8,899 nucleotides of DNA from a virus (lineage: Duplodnaviria > Heunggongvirae > Uroviricota > Caudoviricetes): IMG/VR virus record IMGVR_UViG_2600255005_000007, positions 1 to 8,899 of that record. The stretch is one strand, 5' to 3'. Both the position numbers and the translations under genes were made by a program. Positions 1-6,801 of this stretch are shown here, one piece after another. The first letter of the stretch is position 1; the number at the start of each line of letters is the position of its first letter. The notes below the pieces were generated by a model. It did not search any database. It saw only the letters and a program-made list of their open reading frames with translations, and was not told the origin of the DNA.

Positions 1-480
1 GTGATAAAGCGTGTTTTGCAGGCTGCGTTCGATGTCATCAACGCTGCGCCGCTGGCTGGCAGAGAGCGAGGCAATAAACGCTTCGGCTTTTTCCGGCGAC
101 TGCTGGCGATAAAGATTCGCCAGCCCGCGCACGGCGTTAGTGTTGCTACTGTCCATACGCAGCGTCTGCTGGTAATAGCGTTCAGCGGCGGGGTAATCTT
201 TGCGCGCCATCGCCACATCGCCCAGCCCCAGCACCGCATAGCTGTCGGCGTTATCGACATTGCGCGCCTGCTGGAACAGGCGTTCTGCCCGGTCGGGATT
301 ATTGGCTTTCAGCGCAGCATCGCCCTGCTGGATCGCCAGCCAGTAGCGATTCACCTTCAGCAGACTGTTCCATTTGTCGTTGTTGCTGCTGTGCGGATCC
401 AGCGCGAGGGCTTTTTCCAGATTCGCCACCGCATTAGCACGATCGCCATTCTGAGAATACGCCTGCCCCAGCGCCCCCGG
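1..480 (-). pseudogene. bcsC: Cellulose synthase operon protein C (BcsC) TPR-region fragment; 5' part of the gene missing (replaced by inserted DNA at about 480), 3' part continues beyond the window start
   Basis: Reverse-complement translation of 1-477 reads GALGQAYSQNGDRANAVANLEKALALDPHSSNNDKWNSLLKVNRYWLAIQQGDAALKANNPDRAERLFQQARNVDNADSYAVLGLGDVAMARKDYPAAERYYQQTLRMDSSNTNAVRGLANLYRQQSPEKAEAFIASLSASQRRSVDDIERSLQNTLYH, which I recognise as the TPR region of enterobacterial BcsC. Similarity stops at 478-483 and an in-frame stop follows at 496-498. Absent from the ORF track because the frame runs off the window edge. Confidence 0.7.
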
Positions 481-2088
481 AACGCGGCGAAAACATCAGA
501 GACGAATGCAGGTAACAGCGCGAAAGCGGCAGCTTCTTCAAAAACAGCCGCACAAAATGCAGCAACAGCGGCAGAACATTCAGAGACAAATGCCCGTGCG
601 TCAGAGGAAGCCTCCGCAGACAGTGAAGAGGCTTCCCGCCGTAATGCAGAGTCAGCCGCTGAAAATGCCGGAATCGCCACCACAAAAGCGCGGGAGGCCG
701 CAGCAGACGCAACAAAGGCCGGGCAGAAAAAGGATGAGGCTCTGTCGGCAGCGACACGAGCAGAAAAGGCGGCAGACCGCGCAGAAGCCGCAGCGGAAGT
801 GACTGCAGAGCCCTATGCGAATATAGTGCCGCCGCTGCCTGATGTATGGATACCGTTTAACGATACACTGGATATGATTACGGGGTTTTCGCCATCATAT
901 AAAAAGATTGTTATTGGTGACGATGAAATAACAATGCCAGGCGACAAGATTGTTAAGTTTAAACGTGCTTCAACAGCAACGTATATTAATAAGTCCGGCC
1001 AACTCAAGCTTGCTGAAGTTGATGAACCGCGATTTGAGCGCGATGGCTTATTGATTGAAGGACAGAGGACAAATTATCTGAGGAACTCAAATAAACCAGA
1101 CTCATGGACTGTTCATTCCGCACTGAATAAAACATTTGGCACTGATAAACAGGGGTTCAATTATGCCACGGTGACACCCACGGAAAGTATAGTGGGAACA
1201 ACAGGTGGCTATACTGTGCATGGTGTGGTTGCAGCAGACAGATTCCCGCTGGCAAGTGGTGAATGTTTCACTTTTTCGTGCCGGGTTAAAGGCGCTAAAG
1301 CACGATGCAGGTTAAGAGTTTCAGTTATTATTGGTGGAACAGATACATTCTCTGCTGACTCTTATCTTGATCTGGATACCCGGATCGCAACAGTAAGCGG
1401 TAATACATCCCTTATAACAGCCAAAGCTGAACAACAGGGCGAGTGGACCTACTATGAGGCCACTTATACAGCTAATACGGACATTGATACCGTTAACTGT
1501 GCTTTTTATATGACAAATAAAATAAGTAATGAGCCATTCTATGATGACTCAACATTAACCATGACGACGCCGCAAATTGAACTGGGCAATACGGCATCGT
1601 CATTTATTGTAACTACAATGCCAACAACACGCGCAAGTGATGTGGTTACTATCCCATCGCAGAATAACCTGTCAACACGGCCTTTTACGGTATTGTGCGA
1701 AGTAAGCAGGAACTGGAGTACACCGCCCAATGTTGCGCCAAGGATATTTGATGTTGGAGGGCACAGTATTGATGATAATTATTTATCGCTGGGGTTTGTT
1801 TCAACAGGAAAGATAAGCGCCAACGTAGGAATGGTTCAGCCACAAATTTCCTCAGATGGAGAAAGGTTCATTGTGGGTGTGAGAGCTAAATCTGATTTAT
1901 CAGTAAATGCAATATGCAGTGGTAATTATACAACAAACCTTAATGGTAAAATATTTGGAGTTACAGCAACATCGTACCGGTTTGGTGGGCAGACCGCAGC
2001 AGGAACGCGTCATTTGTTTGGACACATCAGAAATTTCAGAGTCTGGTTTAAAGAATTAAATGACAGGCAAATCAAGGAGGCAGTATGA
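481..2088 (+). CDS. Phage side tail fibre protein, shaft repeats plus C-terminal receptor-binding region; 5'-truncated and fused in frame to antisense bcsC sequence (ORF 1..2088)
   Basis: From about 490 the + frame gives Ser/Ala/Glu-rich SETNA-type repeats (SETNAGNSAKAAASSKTAAQNAATAAEHSETNARASEEASADSEEASRRNAESAAEN...) typical of lambdoid side-tail-fibre shafts, then about 430 aa ending in FGHIRNFRVWFKELNDRQIKE (2017-2085), which resembles the C-terminal motif of concanavalin-A/LamG-like lectin domains. No N-terminal tail-attachment domain is present. The first 160 codons of the ORF are antisense bcsC and not fibre sequence. Confidence 0.7.
   Translation, partial: NAAKTSETNAGNSAKAAASSKTAAQNAATAAEHSETNARASEEASADSEEASRRNAESAAENAGIATTKAREAAADATKAGQKKDEALSAATRAEKAADRAEAAAEVTAEPYANIVPPLPDVWIPFNDTLDMITGFSPSYKKIVIGDDEITMPGDKIVKFKRASTATYINKSGQLKLAEVDEPRFERDGLLIEGQRTNYLRNSNKPDSWTVHSALNKTFGTDKQGFNYATVTPTESIVGTTGGYTVHGVVAADRFPLASGECFTFSCRVKGAKARCRLRVSVIIGGTDTFSADSYLDLDTRIATVSGNTSLITAKAEQQGEWTYYEATYTANTDIDTVNCAFYMTNKISNEPFYDDSTLTMTTPQIELGNTASSFIVTTMPTTRASDVVTIPSQNNLSTRPFTVLCEVSRNWSTPPNVAPRIFDVGGHSIDDNYLSLGFVSTGKISANVGMVQPQISSDGERFIVGVRAKSDLSVNAICSGNYTTNLNGKIFGVTATSYRFGGQTAAGTRHLFGHIRNFRVWFKELNDRQIKEAV
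2074..2080 (+). promoter_or_regulatory. Shine-Dalgarno AAGGAGG for ORF 2085..2363
   Basis: AAGGAGG 4 nt upstream of ATG 2085; the ATG overlaps the fibre stop (ATGA 2085-2088), suggesting translational coupling. Confidence 0.55.
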
Positions 2089-2363
2089 AAGATTTAACTT
2101 TGAAATTTCCTGGTAACAGAGAGTTTAAATCCTTCCTGTCATCTCTTGACTGGGAGGAAGATGAAGACCTCCAGAATAAACTGTTAGTCGATGAAATTGG
2201 TTTCACCTACACAGAAACAGGGGTAACTGAAGAGGGAGAACCTGTCTGTATCCGGAATAACGGTTATTTTGTCAACATTCGCATTCTTGATGACTTGTTT
2301 GATGTTTCTGTATTCTCTGATTATGTCGTGGAGCTGGAAACACCGCTTCGGGAATGGAGCTGA
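2085..2363 (+). CDS. Hypothetical small acidic protein (92 aa) coupled to the tail fibre gene
   Basis: Complete ORF with strong SD and start overlapping the upstream stop. Asp/Glu-rich. No similarity to classic Tfa tail-fibre assembly proteins that I can recognise. Confidence 0.55.
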   Translation: MKDLTLKFPGNREFKSFLSSLDWEEDEDLQNKLLVDEIGFTYTETGVTEEGEPVCIRNNGYFVNIRILDDLFDVSVFSDYVVELETPLREWS

Positions 2364-2370
2364 AAGGAGG
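2364..2370 (+). promoter_or_regulatory. Shine-Dalgarno AAGGAGG for ORF 2376..2669
   Basis: AAGGAGG followed by 5 nt spacer and ATG 2376. Confidence 0.55.
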
Positions 2371-2375
2371 AAATA

Positions 2376-2669
2376 ATGGATATAAGCCCCTTACTTCATG
2401 CACTTTGTGCTGTGGCTGCGCAGATACTGGTTGGTCTTTTTACCGGAAACTGGGCTTACGGAGCGATAGCCGGTTGTACGTTCTTCATTGCGCGTGAACA
2501 TACCCAGGCAGAATATCGCTGGATTGAAATGTTCGGGCATGGCAAGCGAATGAATATGCCGTGGTGGGGCGGATTTGATCCGCGCGCGTGGGATGTGGCA
2601 AGCCTGATGGATTTTGCTGTGCCGGTGGTGGCGTGTCTGCTGGTCTGGCTGTTGGTTAATCGTGGGTGA
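2376..2669 (+). CDS. Hypothetical small membrane protein (97 aa, two predicted hydrophobic helices)
   Basis: Strong SD; hydrophobic stretches LLHALCAVAAQILVGLFTGNWAYGAIAGCTFFIA and LMDFAVPVVACLLVWLLV; lies 12 nt after the previous ORF. Confidence 0.5.
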   Translation: MDISPLLHALCAVAAQILVGLFTGNWAYGAIAGCTFFIAREHTQAEYRWIEMFGHGKRMNMPWWGGFDPRAWDVASLMDFAVPVVACLLVWLLVNRG

Positions 2670-2700
2670 AAAAAGGTGGGCTGTATATGCAACGGAGGAA

Positions 2701-3033
2701 GAAACCCGGGAGAAAGCGCGGATACAGAAACCGGGTGCCTGTCACATCTTCCGGCACTCGATGGCAACGCAGATGCTGGACAACGGCGCAGACACGCGGC
2801 ACATCCAGGCGATCCTCGGCCATGAGAAGCTGGAGACGACGCAGATCTACACGCGGGTAGCCATCGGTCACTTACAGGAAGTTCACGCGCTGACGCACCC
2901 GGAAGAGCAGGACGAGACGTGGACGGATCGGCACGTTGCGGATGCGGTGGCAGAGCCGCAGACGCGCCGGGAGCGTAATCACGCAGAGATGGAGCGGGCG
3001 CTGGTCAGCAGGAAACGCCGCCGGAGACGCTGA
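2701..3033 (+). pseudogene. Tyrosine recombinase (phage integrase / XerCD-like) C-terminal fragment, 5'-truncated
   Basis: Translation ETREKARIQKPGACHIFRHSMATQMLDNGADTRHIQAILGHEKLETTQIYTRVAIGHLQEVHALTHP matches the C-terminal catalytic box of tyrosine recombinases (H-x-x-R-H, LGH, TTQIYT with the catalytic Tyr). No N-terminal or core-binding domain lies upstream, where fibre-associated ORFs sit instead. The reported ORF 2614..3033 begins inside the previous gene in another frame. Confidence 0.55.
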
Positions 3034-3993
3034 TGCAGGCCGGAAGCGTGATCATCGCCGGACTGCCTGAAAAGTTAGCGGGCGATCCCTGTAAGGCCGT
3101 GGGGTGAGGTGCAGGGCAGACAACCGCCTTCCCTGGCGGTTGACTGCCCCCTGCCAGCGGAGTGCGCGGGGGTAAATGCCGTTCGCCCCGTGGAGGCAGG
3201 CGTGTCCCATGCGGCCACGGCGCACGGGGCAAACGTCATTCAACATAATGCGGGGGATTATGCGCACTCTCGCCGGGTGGCAACGGCGGCGAACCCGACC
3301 CGCTGTGCGCGGCTCGTGTTCGCACAATCCGCATTATGTCTTGCGCCCCCGCGTTCAGCCCCTTAACCAGTGCCACGCGCAGCAGCTCGCTGGCGCTCGC
3401 TCCTGCCGTCTCAGCGGCGGTGTCCTTCCTCAGCGCCGCAGTCGCCGCCATCCCTGGCGGCTCCGGTGCCGTTCTGCGGCGGCGTCATCGTGTGGCAGTC
3501 AGTCAGAAAAGGGTGTCGGCCTGGCGGCCTCCGCTTGTAAGGGCTTTATGCCCGCCCGGCGTCGTCTGGCTGCGGCGGCTCGTGCCGCGCAAAAAGGCCG
3601 CGCGTCACTCGTTCCCGCCTCGCCAGCTTCCGCTGCCCGCCCCGGTCCGGTGTGGTCATGCAAAGGCCAGCTCCGGTCAGGCAGCGGTGCCACAGAGCGC
3701 CGTTCCGTCGCTTGCGGACTCTCTGCCGCCCGCACCCGCAGACCCCGCGCCGTGGCCCCGCCATGCCGCCGGAGGCGGCCTGGCGGCCCCCCGTCACGGG
3801 TTGCCGGAAACGGACTTAGTGGAAAGCGGAATGACAGGTTCGTGGCGGTGGTGATATGGTGAGCGGGCGTGAAAACGCGCGTCGGGAAAGCCGGGTTAAC
3901 GTGCTGTTAAATAATTAAAAGGTGATAGCCGTGAAGCCAGAAACGGCGCGGGCGGTAGCGTGTTAAAAAGTATGACCCGCACCGGATCGTCCC

Positions 3994-4401
3994 GATGACC
4001 CGATAGGGCTGAGAGGCGGATTAAACTTATACCAATACGCGCCTAATCCAGTAAACTGGATCGATCCTTTGGGTTTGAAATGTGGGCAACCTGAATGGAC
4101 AAATCATGGATACAAACATTTTCCTCCAAAAAACAAATCATGGAAGGATATAATTAAATCAACAAAATCAGGCCCGGCAAAATATTCTCCAGATATTGAT
4201 ATTAAAACGTTGGAATACGATGTTTTTAATACAGGCACACCTGTTACGAACGGTAAACCATGGAAAGTAAAAGATATGGGAAAAGTTATTGGGGCCAGTG
4301 AGGGTAAAGAATCTCAATGGGTTCGAGTTGAACTTAGCGGTGGGACAATACATGGACATCCTATATCAATCGATGAATTCCGAAGGCTAACAACATCATG
4401 A
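3994..4401 (+). CDS. Orphan Rhs C-terminal toxin module 1 (core-end [27 protein letters not shown] at 3997-4077 plus about 105 aa toxin domain of unassigned family); no start codon, no upstream core
   Basis: Frame opens after TGA 3973-3975. Conserved Rhs core-end peptide, then [15 protein letters not shown]...[19 protein letters not shown]. First in-frame ATG lies deep inside the domain; the ORF track start at 4069 is a TTG. Confidence 0.65.
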   Translation, partial: DDPIGLRGGLNLYQYAPNPVNWIDPLGLKCGQPEWTNHGYKHFPPKNKSWKDIIKSTKSGPAKYSPDIDIKTLEYDVFNTGTPVTNGKPWKVKDMGKVIGASEGKESQWVRVELSGGTIHGHPISIDEFRRLTTS

Positions 4402-4691
4402 ACATTGATTTCTTAGGAAAAAAAGGGAATATAGTTTTTAATGACTTCTCCCTGAAACAAAGCATCCCTCTTAATGAACAGCGAGATGAACTTAAGGAAG
4501 ATATGCTCCAGGTTGAATATCCTGGTGGGTATCTTTTGGATGTTGGGTGGCGACCATCTTTTGATATAAATGGGAAGTTTTATATTTGTTTAATAAAGGA
4601 TTTTGATTGGGATTATCCCATTTATAATGGTTCTGCGAAAGATATTGTCTCATTATTATTTGAAATTAACCAAGCTATAAATAAACTTTAA
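4398..4691 (+). CDS. Putative immunity protein for Rhs-CT 1 (97 aa)
   Basis: ATG overlaps toxin stop (ATGA 4398-4401); AT-rich small ORF directly downstream of a polymorphic toxin domain; followed by a terminator hairpin. Confidence 0.6.
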   Translation: MNIDFLGKKGNIVFNDFSLKQSIPLNEQRDELKEDMLQVEYPGGYLLDVGWRPSFDINGKFYICLIKDFDWDYPIYNGSAKDIVSLLFEINQAINKL

Positions 4692-4707
4692 ATAAACTTT
4701 AAAAAAA

Positions 4708-4746
4708 CTGGGAAGAAAATTAAATCTTCCCGGCTTTTTATTATTT
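4708..4746. terminator. Bidirectional intrinsic terminator between convergent immunity gene 1 and SymE-like gene 1
   Basis: Stem CTGGGAAGA (4708-4716) / TCTTCCCGG (4725-4733) with 8 nt loop, followed by CTTTTTATTATTT on + strand and preceded by AAAAAAA (a T-tract on the minus strand). Confidence 0.55.
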
Positions 4747-5006
4747 AACTCTCGTTCAGCACACTAAACATCCCGTTCCGCATCCCCTTAACCGCCTGTT
4801 TGACCTGGTAAAGTTCCCTGCGCAGTTCCTGTACTTCGTTGTTATCCGCTAGCAGGATCAGGCAACCTTCCGAGATCTTCACGGTAACGCCCGTGCCGAT
4901 CTCAAATCCCGCTTCTCTCAGCCATTTGGCGCTGATTTTGATCACCGGCGTGTCGCTTCGGTTGGGCAGATAGCCCACGGTACAGTGGCGCTGTGTTTTG
5001 GAAATG
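4719..5006. repeat. Direct repeat copy A (about 288 bp), carrying part of the terminator and the SymE-like ORF
   Basis: 4719-5006 aligns with 7311-7599 at roughly 97 percent identity by eye (a handful of substitutions and one extra T). Similarity ends abruptly after ...GTTTTGGAAATG. Confidence 0.8.
4745..4978 (-). CDS. SymE-family (type I toxin SymE-like, AbrB/SpoVT-fold) protein, probably 5'-truncated
   Basis: Translation GYLPNRSDTPVIKISAKWLREAGFEIGTGVTVKISEGCLILLADNNEVQELRRELYQVKQ aligns with the conserved core of E. coli SymE (TV.Y...P.I...WL..AGF..GT.V.VK..EGC..L) as I recall it. Starts at GTG with no SD; frame is open upstream to a stop at 5063-5065 with no ATG. Confidence 0.6.
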   Translation of the reverse strand: MGYLPNRSDTPVIKISAKWLREAGFEIGTGVTVKISEGCLILLADNNEVQELRRELYQVKQAVKGMRNGMFSVLNES

Positions 5007-5171
5007 ATATTTTTGTATTTAACCTGCTGATTAGATAGTAAAATAAACTTCGTGCAGATAGCTTACTTTGTCAGGGTGTGGCGGTAGCGTATGAACTATG
5101 ACGTGATGGTTTTAGTGATTTATAGACGAAACTGACAGTACGATCCGGACTTCGATTAGATTGCGCGATTT

Positions 5172-5621
5172 GACCCGATAGGGCTGGCGGGGGGGCTGAA
5201 TCTTTATCAGTATGCGCCGAATCCGTTAAACTGGATCGATCCGCTTGGATTAAGTTGCTCTAGTGATGCAAAAAAATTATCTGGTAATTTAGGATCAGCA
5301 CCAAGTAGTCACTATCGACCACATCATATGGTTATGTCTAATTCCAGCGATGTGCGTATGCGGTGGTTACGTAGAAGGATGGATCGGTTAGGTATAGATA
5401 TAAACGATTCCAAAAATGGTGTATGGCTACCCAAAAACTCTGATTATCGGTTACCGGGGACAAAAGCTACTGCTCATGGTGGTGAAGGTGTACATGGAAA
5501 TGCATATAAACAACATGTGTGGGATACGTTGAAAAATGCAAGAACAAAAGCTGATTTTGAAGCAGGGCTTGCGCAACTTAAAGTAGAGCTAAGTACTGGC
5601 AAAACGTTTCCTGTCCAATAA
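5172..5621 (+). CDS. Orphan Rhs C-terminal toxin module 2 (core-end [27 protein letters not shown] at 5172-5252 plus HNH/AHH-type nuclease-like domain); no start codon at 5' end
   Basis: Frame opens after TAG 5157-5159. Domain contains PHHMV (HH at 5322-5327), NGVWLP (5415-5432) and [14 protein letters not shown], matching the His-His...Asn...His layout of AHH-family HNH-fold toxins. The ORF track start at 5328 is the Met inside the HHM motif. Confidence 0.65.
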   Translation, partial: DPIGLAGGLNLYQYAPNPLNWIDPLGLSCSSDAKKLSGNLGSAPSSHYRPHHMVMSNSSDVRMRWLRRRMDRLGIDINDSKNGVWLPKNSDYRLPGTKATAHGGEGVHGNAYKQHVWDTLKNARTKADFEAGLAQLKVELSTGKTFPVQ

Positions 5622-5625
5622 GGAG
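5620..5625 (+). promoter_or_regulatory. Shine-Dalgarno AAGGAG for immunity gene 2
   Basis: AAGGAG, 9 nt spacer, ATG 5635; the SD overlaps the toxin stop TAA 5619-5621. Confidence 0.5.
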
Positions 5626-5634
5626 TATGATCAC

Positions 5635-6252
5635 ATGAAAGATTTTCTGAAAAGTTTATATGAAGATTACAATGGAAAGTATTCGGAACTGATAGAACAG
5701 ATGAACGGAGAAAAGGCTACTTGTAGATGGGGGTATGGTGTTATGCCTGCCTTCTCTATAGAACCTTATGCATCCGAGCTTTTAGGTCATAAACCGGGAC
5801 GAATGTTGAAAAATAACTCAATCGCAGGAGTAAATAAACAATGCTATTATGTTGATGAACAAAACAGGATAATAGAAGGAATTACATACGCCAGCCATCG
5901 TAAGAAAGATAATGAATGGATTGTGTATAGAAATTTTTATATTTACCAAGAAAATACCATTCTTGGGCTTTTGTATAGTAGTACATTTGAAGATAGTAAA
6001 AACACAGGATTGAATAAGATTGTATTTATAAGCATTGATAATAAATTAATAAATAATAAGTATACTTTCATGTATGATGGGGAGTATTCTGAGGTAGATT
6101 ATATTTATAATAAAGATAAAATAATAAAAATAGACCAAAGGGTATGGTCTTCGTTTTATTTTGAACGCACTTATCTGATAGAGTCAAATGATCCATTGAT
6201 TATTAATGAATACTTAGAAAATAGTGGGAACATCAGGATCTACCCTACTTAA
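5635..6252 (+). CDS. Putative immunity protein for Rhs-CT 2 (205 aa)
   Basis: Complete ORF with good SD immediately after the toxin domain; visibly AT-rich relative to flanking DNA. Confidence 0.6.
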   Translation: MKDFLKSLYEDYNGKYSELIEQMNGEKATCRWGYGVMPAFSIEPYASELLGHKPGRMLKNNSIAGVNKQCYYVDEQNRIIEGITYASHRKKDNEWIVYRNFYIYQENTILGLLYSSTFEDSKNTGLNKIVFISIDNKLINNKYTFMYDGEYSEVDYIYNKDKIIKIDQRVWSSFYFERTYLIESNDPLIINEYLENSGNIRIYPT

Positions 6253-6357
6253 TTTATCAAAGTAAGAGACTAATATATGGACTATGATGCGGCTGTTTCA
6301 GGGATATGCGATTGAAGCCAGTAGTATGATCCTGCGATGGGGTAGATTCACCGTCCT

Positions 6358-6801
6358 GATCCGATAGGGCTGGCGGGGGGAATAAACCTCTATGCTTATG
6401 CGCCGAATCCAGTAAACCACATTGATCCTCTTGGGCTATCTTGTGGAAAGGTTGGTAACGTTGAATATCGTAATTTTGAGCGTTCTCCGGGAATGTTTTC
6501 TCGGTTATTAAAGAATAAACGTGACTTTGATTATGTTGCCAGATATAACATCTCAAGATATAAAGCTACATTGAGAAAAAATAATCCGGATGGTTTTGGT
6601 AATATTAGCCATTATTTCGATGGTGTAGATGCAAAAGGAAATAAAGTCGTTATTGAGGTGGCGAATACAGGGCATAAATCTTCAAGCGGTGGTTTTGAGC
6701 CTCCACATATTAAAATTCAAATAAAAGACGCTGATAACAAAGTGATACATAATGCCAAATATTTTTTGGAAGATGATATATATAGAATTACGGGCAAATA
6801 A
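6358..6801 (+). CDS. Orphan Rhs C-terminal toxin module 3 (core-end [27 protein letters not shown] at 6358-6438 plus about 120 aa toxin domain of unassigned family); no start codon at 5' end
   Basis: Frame opens after TAG 6343-6345. Domain SCGKVGNVEYRNFERSPGMFSRLLKNKRDFDYVARYNISRYKATLRKNNPDGFGNISHYFDGVDAKGNKVVIEVANTGHKSSSGGFEPPHIKIQIKDADNKVIHNAKYFLEDDIYRITGK. The ORF track start at 6493 is an internal Met. Confidence 0.65.
   Translation, partial: DPIGLAGGINLYAYAPNPVNHIDPLGLSCGKVGNVEYRNFERSPGMFSRLLKNKRDFDYVARYNISRYKATLRKNNPDGFGNISHYFDGVDAKGNKVVIEVANTGHKSSSGGFEPPHIKIQIKDADNKVIHNAKYFLEDDIYRITGK

Noticed and set aside
1-480. The + strand part of ORF 1..2088 (MIKRVLQAAFDVINAAPLAGRERGNKRFGFF...) as genuine N-terminus of the fibre protein
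   Set aside because: The translation is low-complexity and the opposite strand gives a clean BcsC TPR match. It is antisense bcsC that happens to be open and in frame.
357-1730. ORFs 357..683(-), 434..757(-), 506..802(+), 813..1007(-), 1539..1730(-)
   Set aside because: Alternative-frame or antisense ORFs inside the tail-fibre reading frame, with low-complexity Ala/Arg/Gln-rich translations driven by the repetitive fibre shaft sequence.
2376-2480. Lipoprotein signal peptide in ORF 2376..2669 (IAGC lipobox-like)
   Set aside because: The N-region has no positive charge and the Cys lies 33 residues in after a long hydrophobic stretch; more consistent with a transmembrane helix.
2456-2871. ORFs 2456..2767(-), 2656..2871(-), 2666..2860(+)
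   Set aside because: They overlap better-supported frames (the membrane protein ORF and the integrase remnant) and have Arg-rich, non-protein-like translations.
3005-3862. ORFs 3005..3232(-), 3052..3327(-), 3109..3366(+), 3176..3862(+), 3236..3451(-), 3336..3854(+), 3499..3735(-), 3546..3797(-)
   Set aside because: Mutually overlapping ORFs in many frames within high-GC DNA; Arg/Ala/Pro-rich translations with no recognisable motif. Typical of stop-codon-poor non-coding GC-rich sequence.
3034-3900. Possible Rhs YD-repeat core fragment upstream of orphan 1
   Set aside because: No frame shows YD-repeat-like motifs. Only the short YDP vestige at 3971-3979 is present.
4168-4359. ORF 4168..4359(-)
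   Set aside because: Antisense inside orphan toxin 1, with no initiation signals.
4979-5000. LexA (SOS) box upstream of SymE-like gene 1
   Set aside because: The sequence is ACAG-N5-CTGT, which is the wrong orientation and spacing for the CTGT-N8-ACAG consensus.
6257-6556. ORF 6257..6556(-)
   Set aside because: Antisense across the orphan 3 core-end region; its translation lacks any motif and the + strand holds the conserved Rhs peptide.
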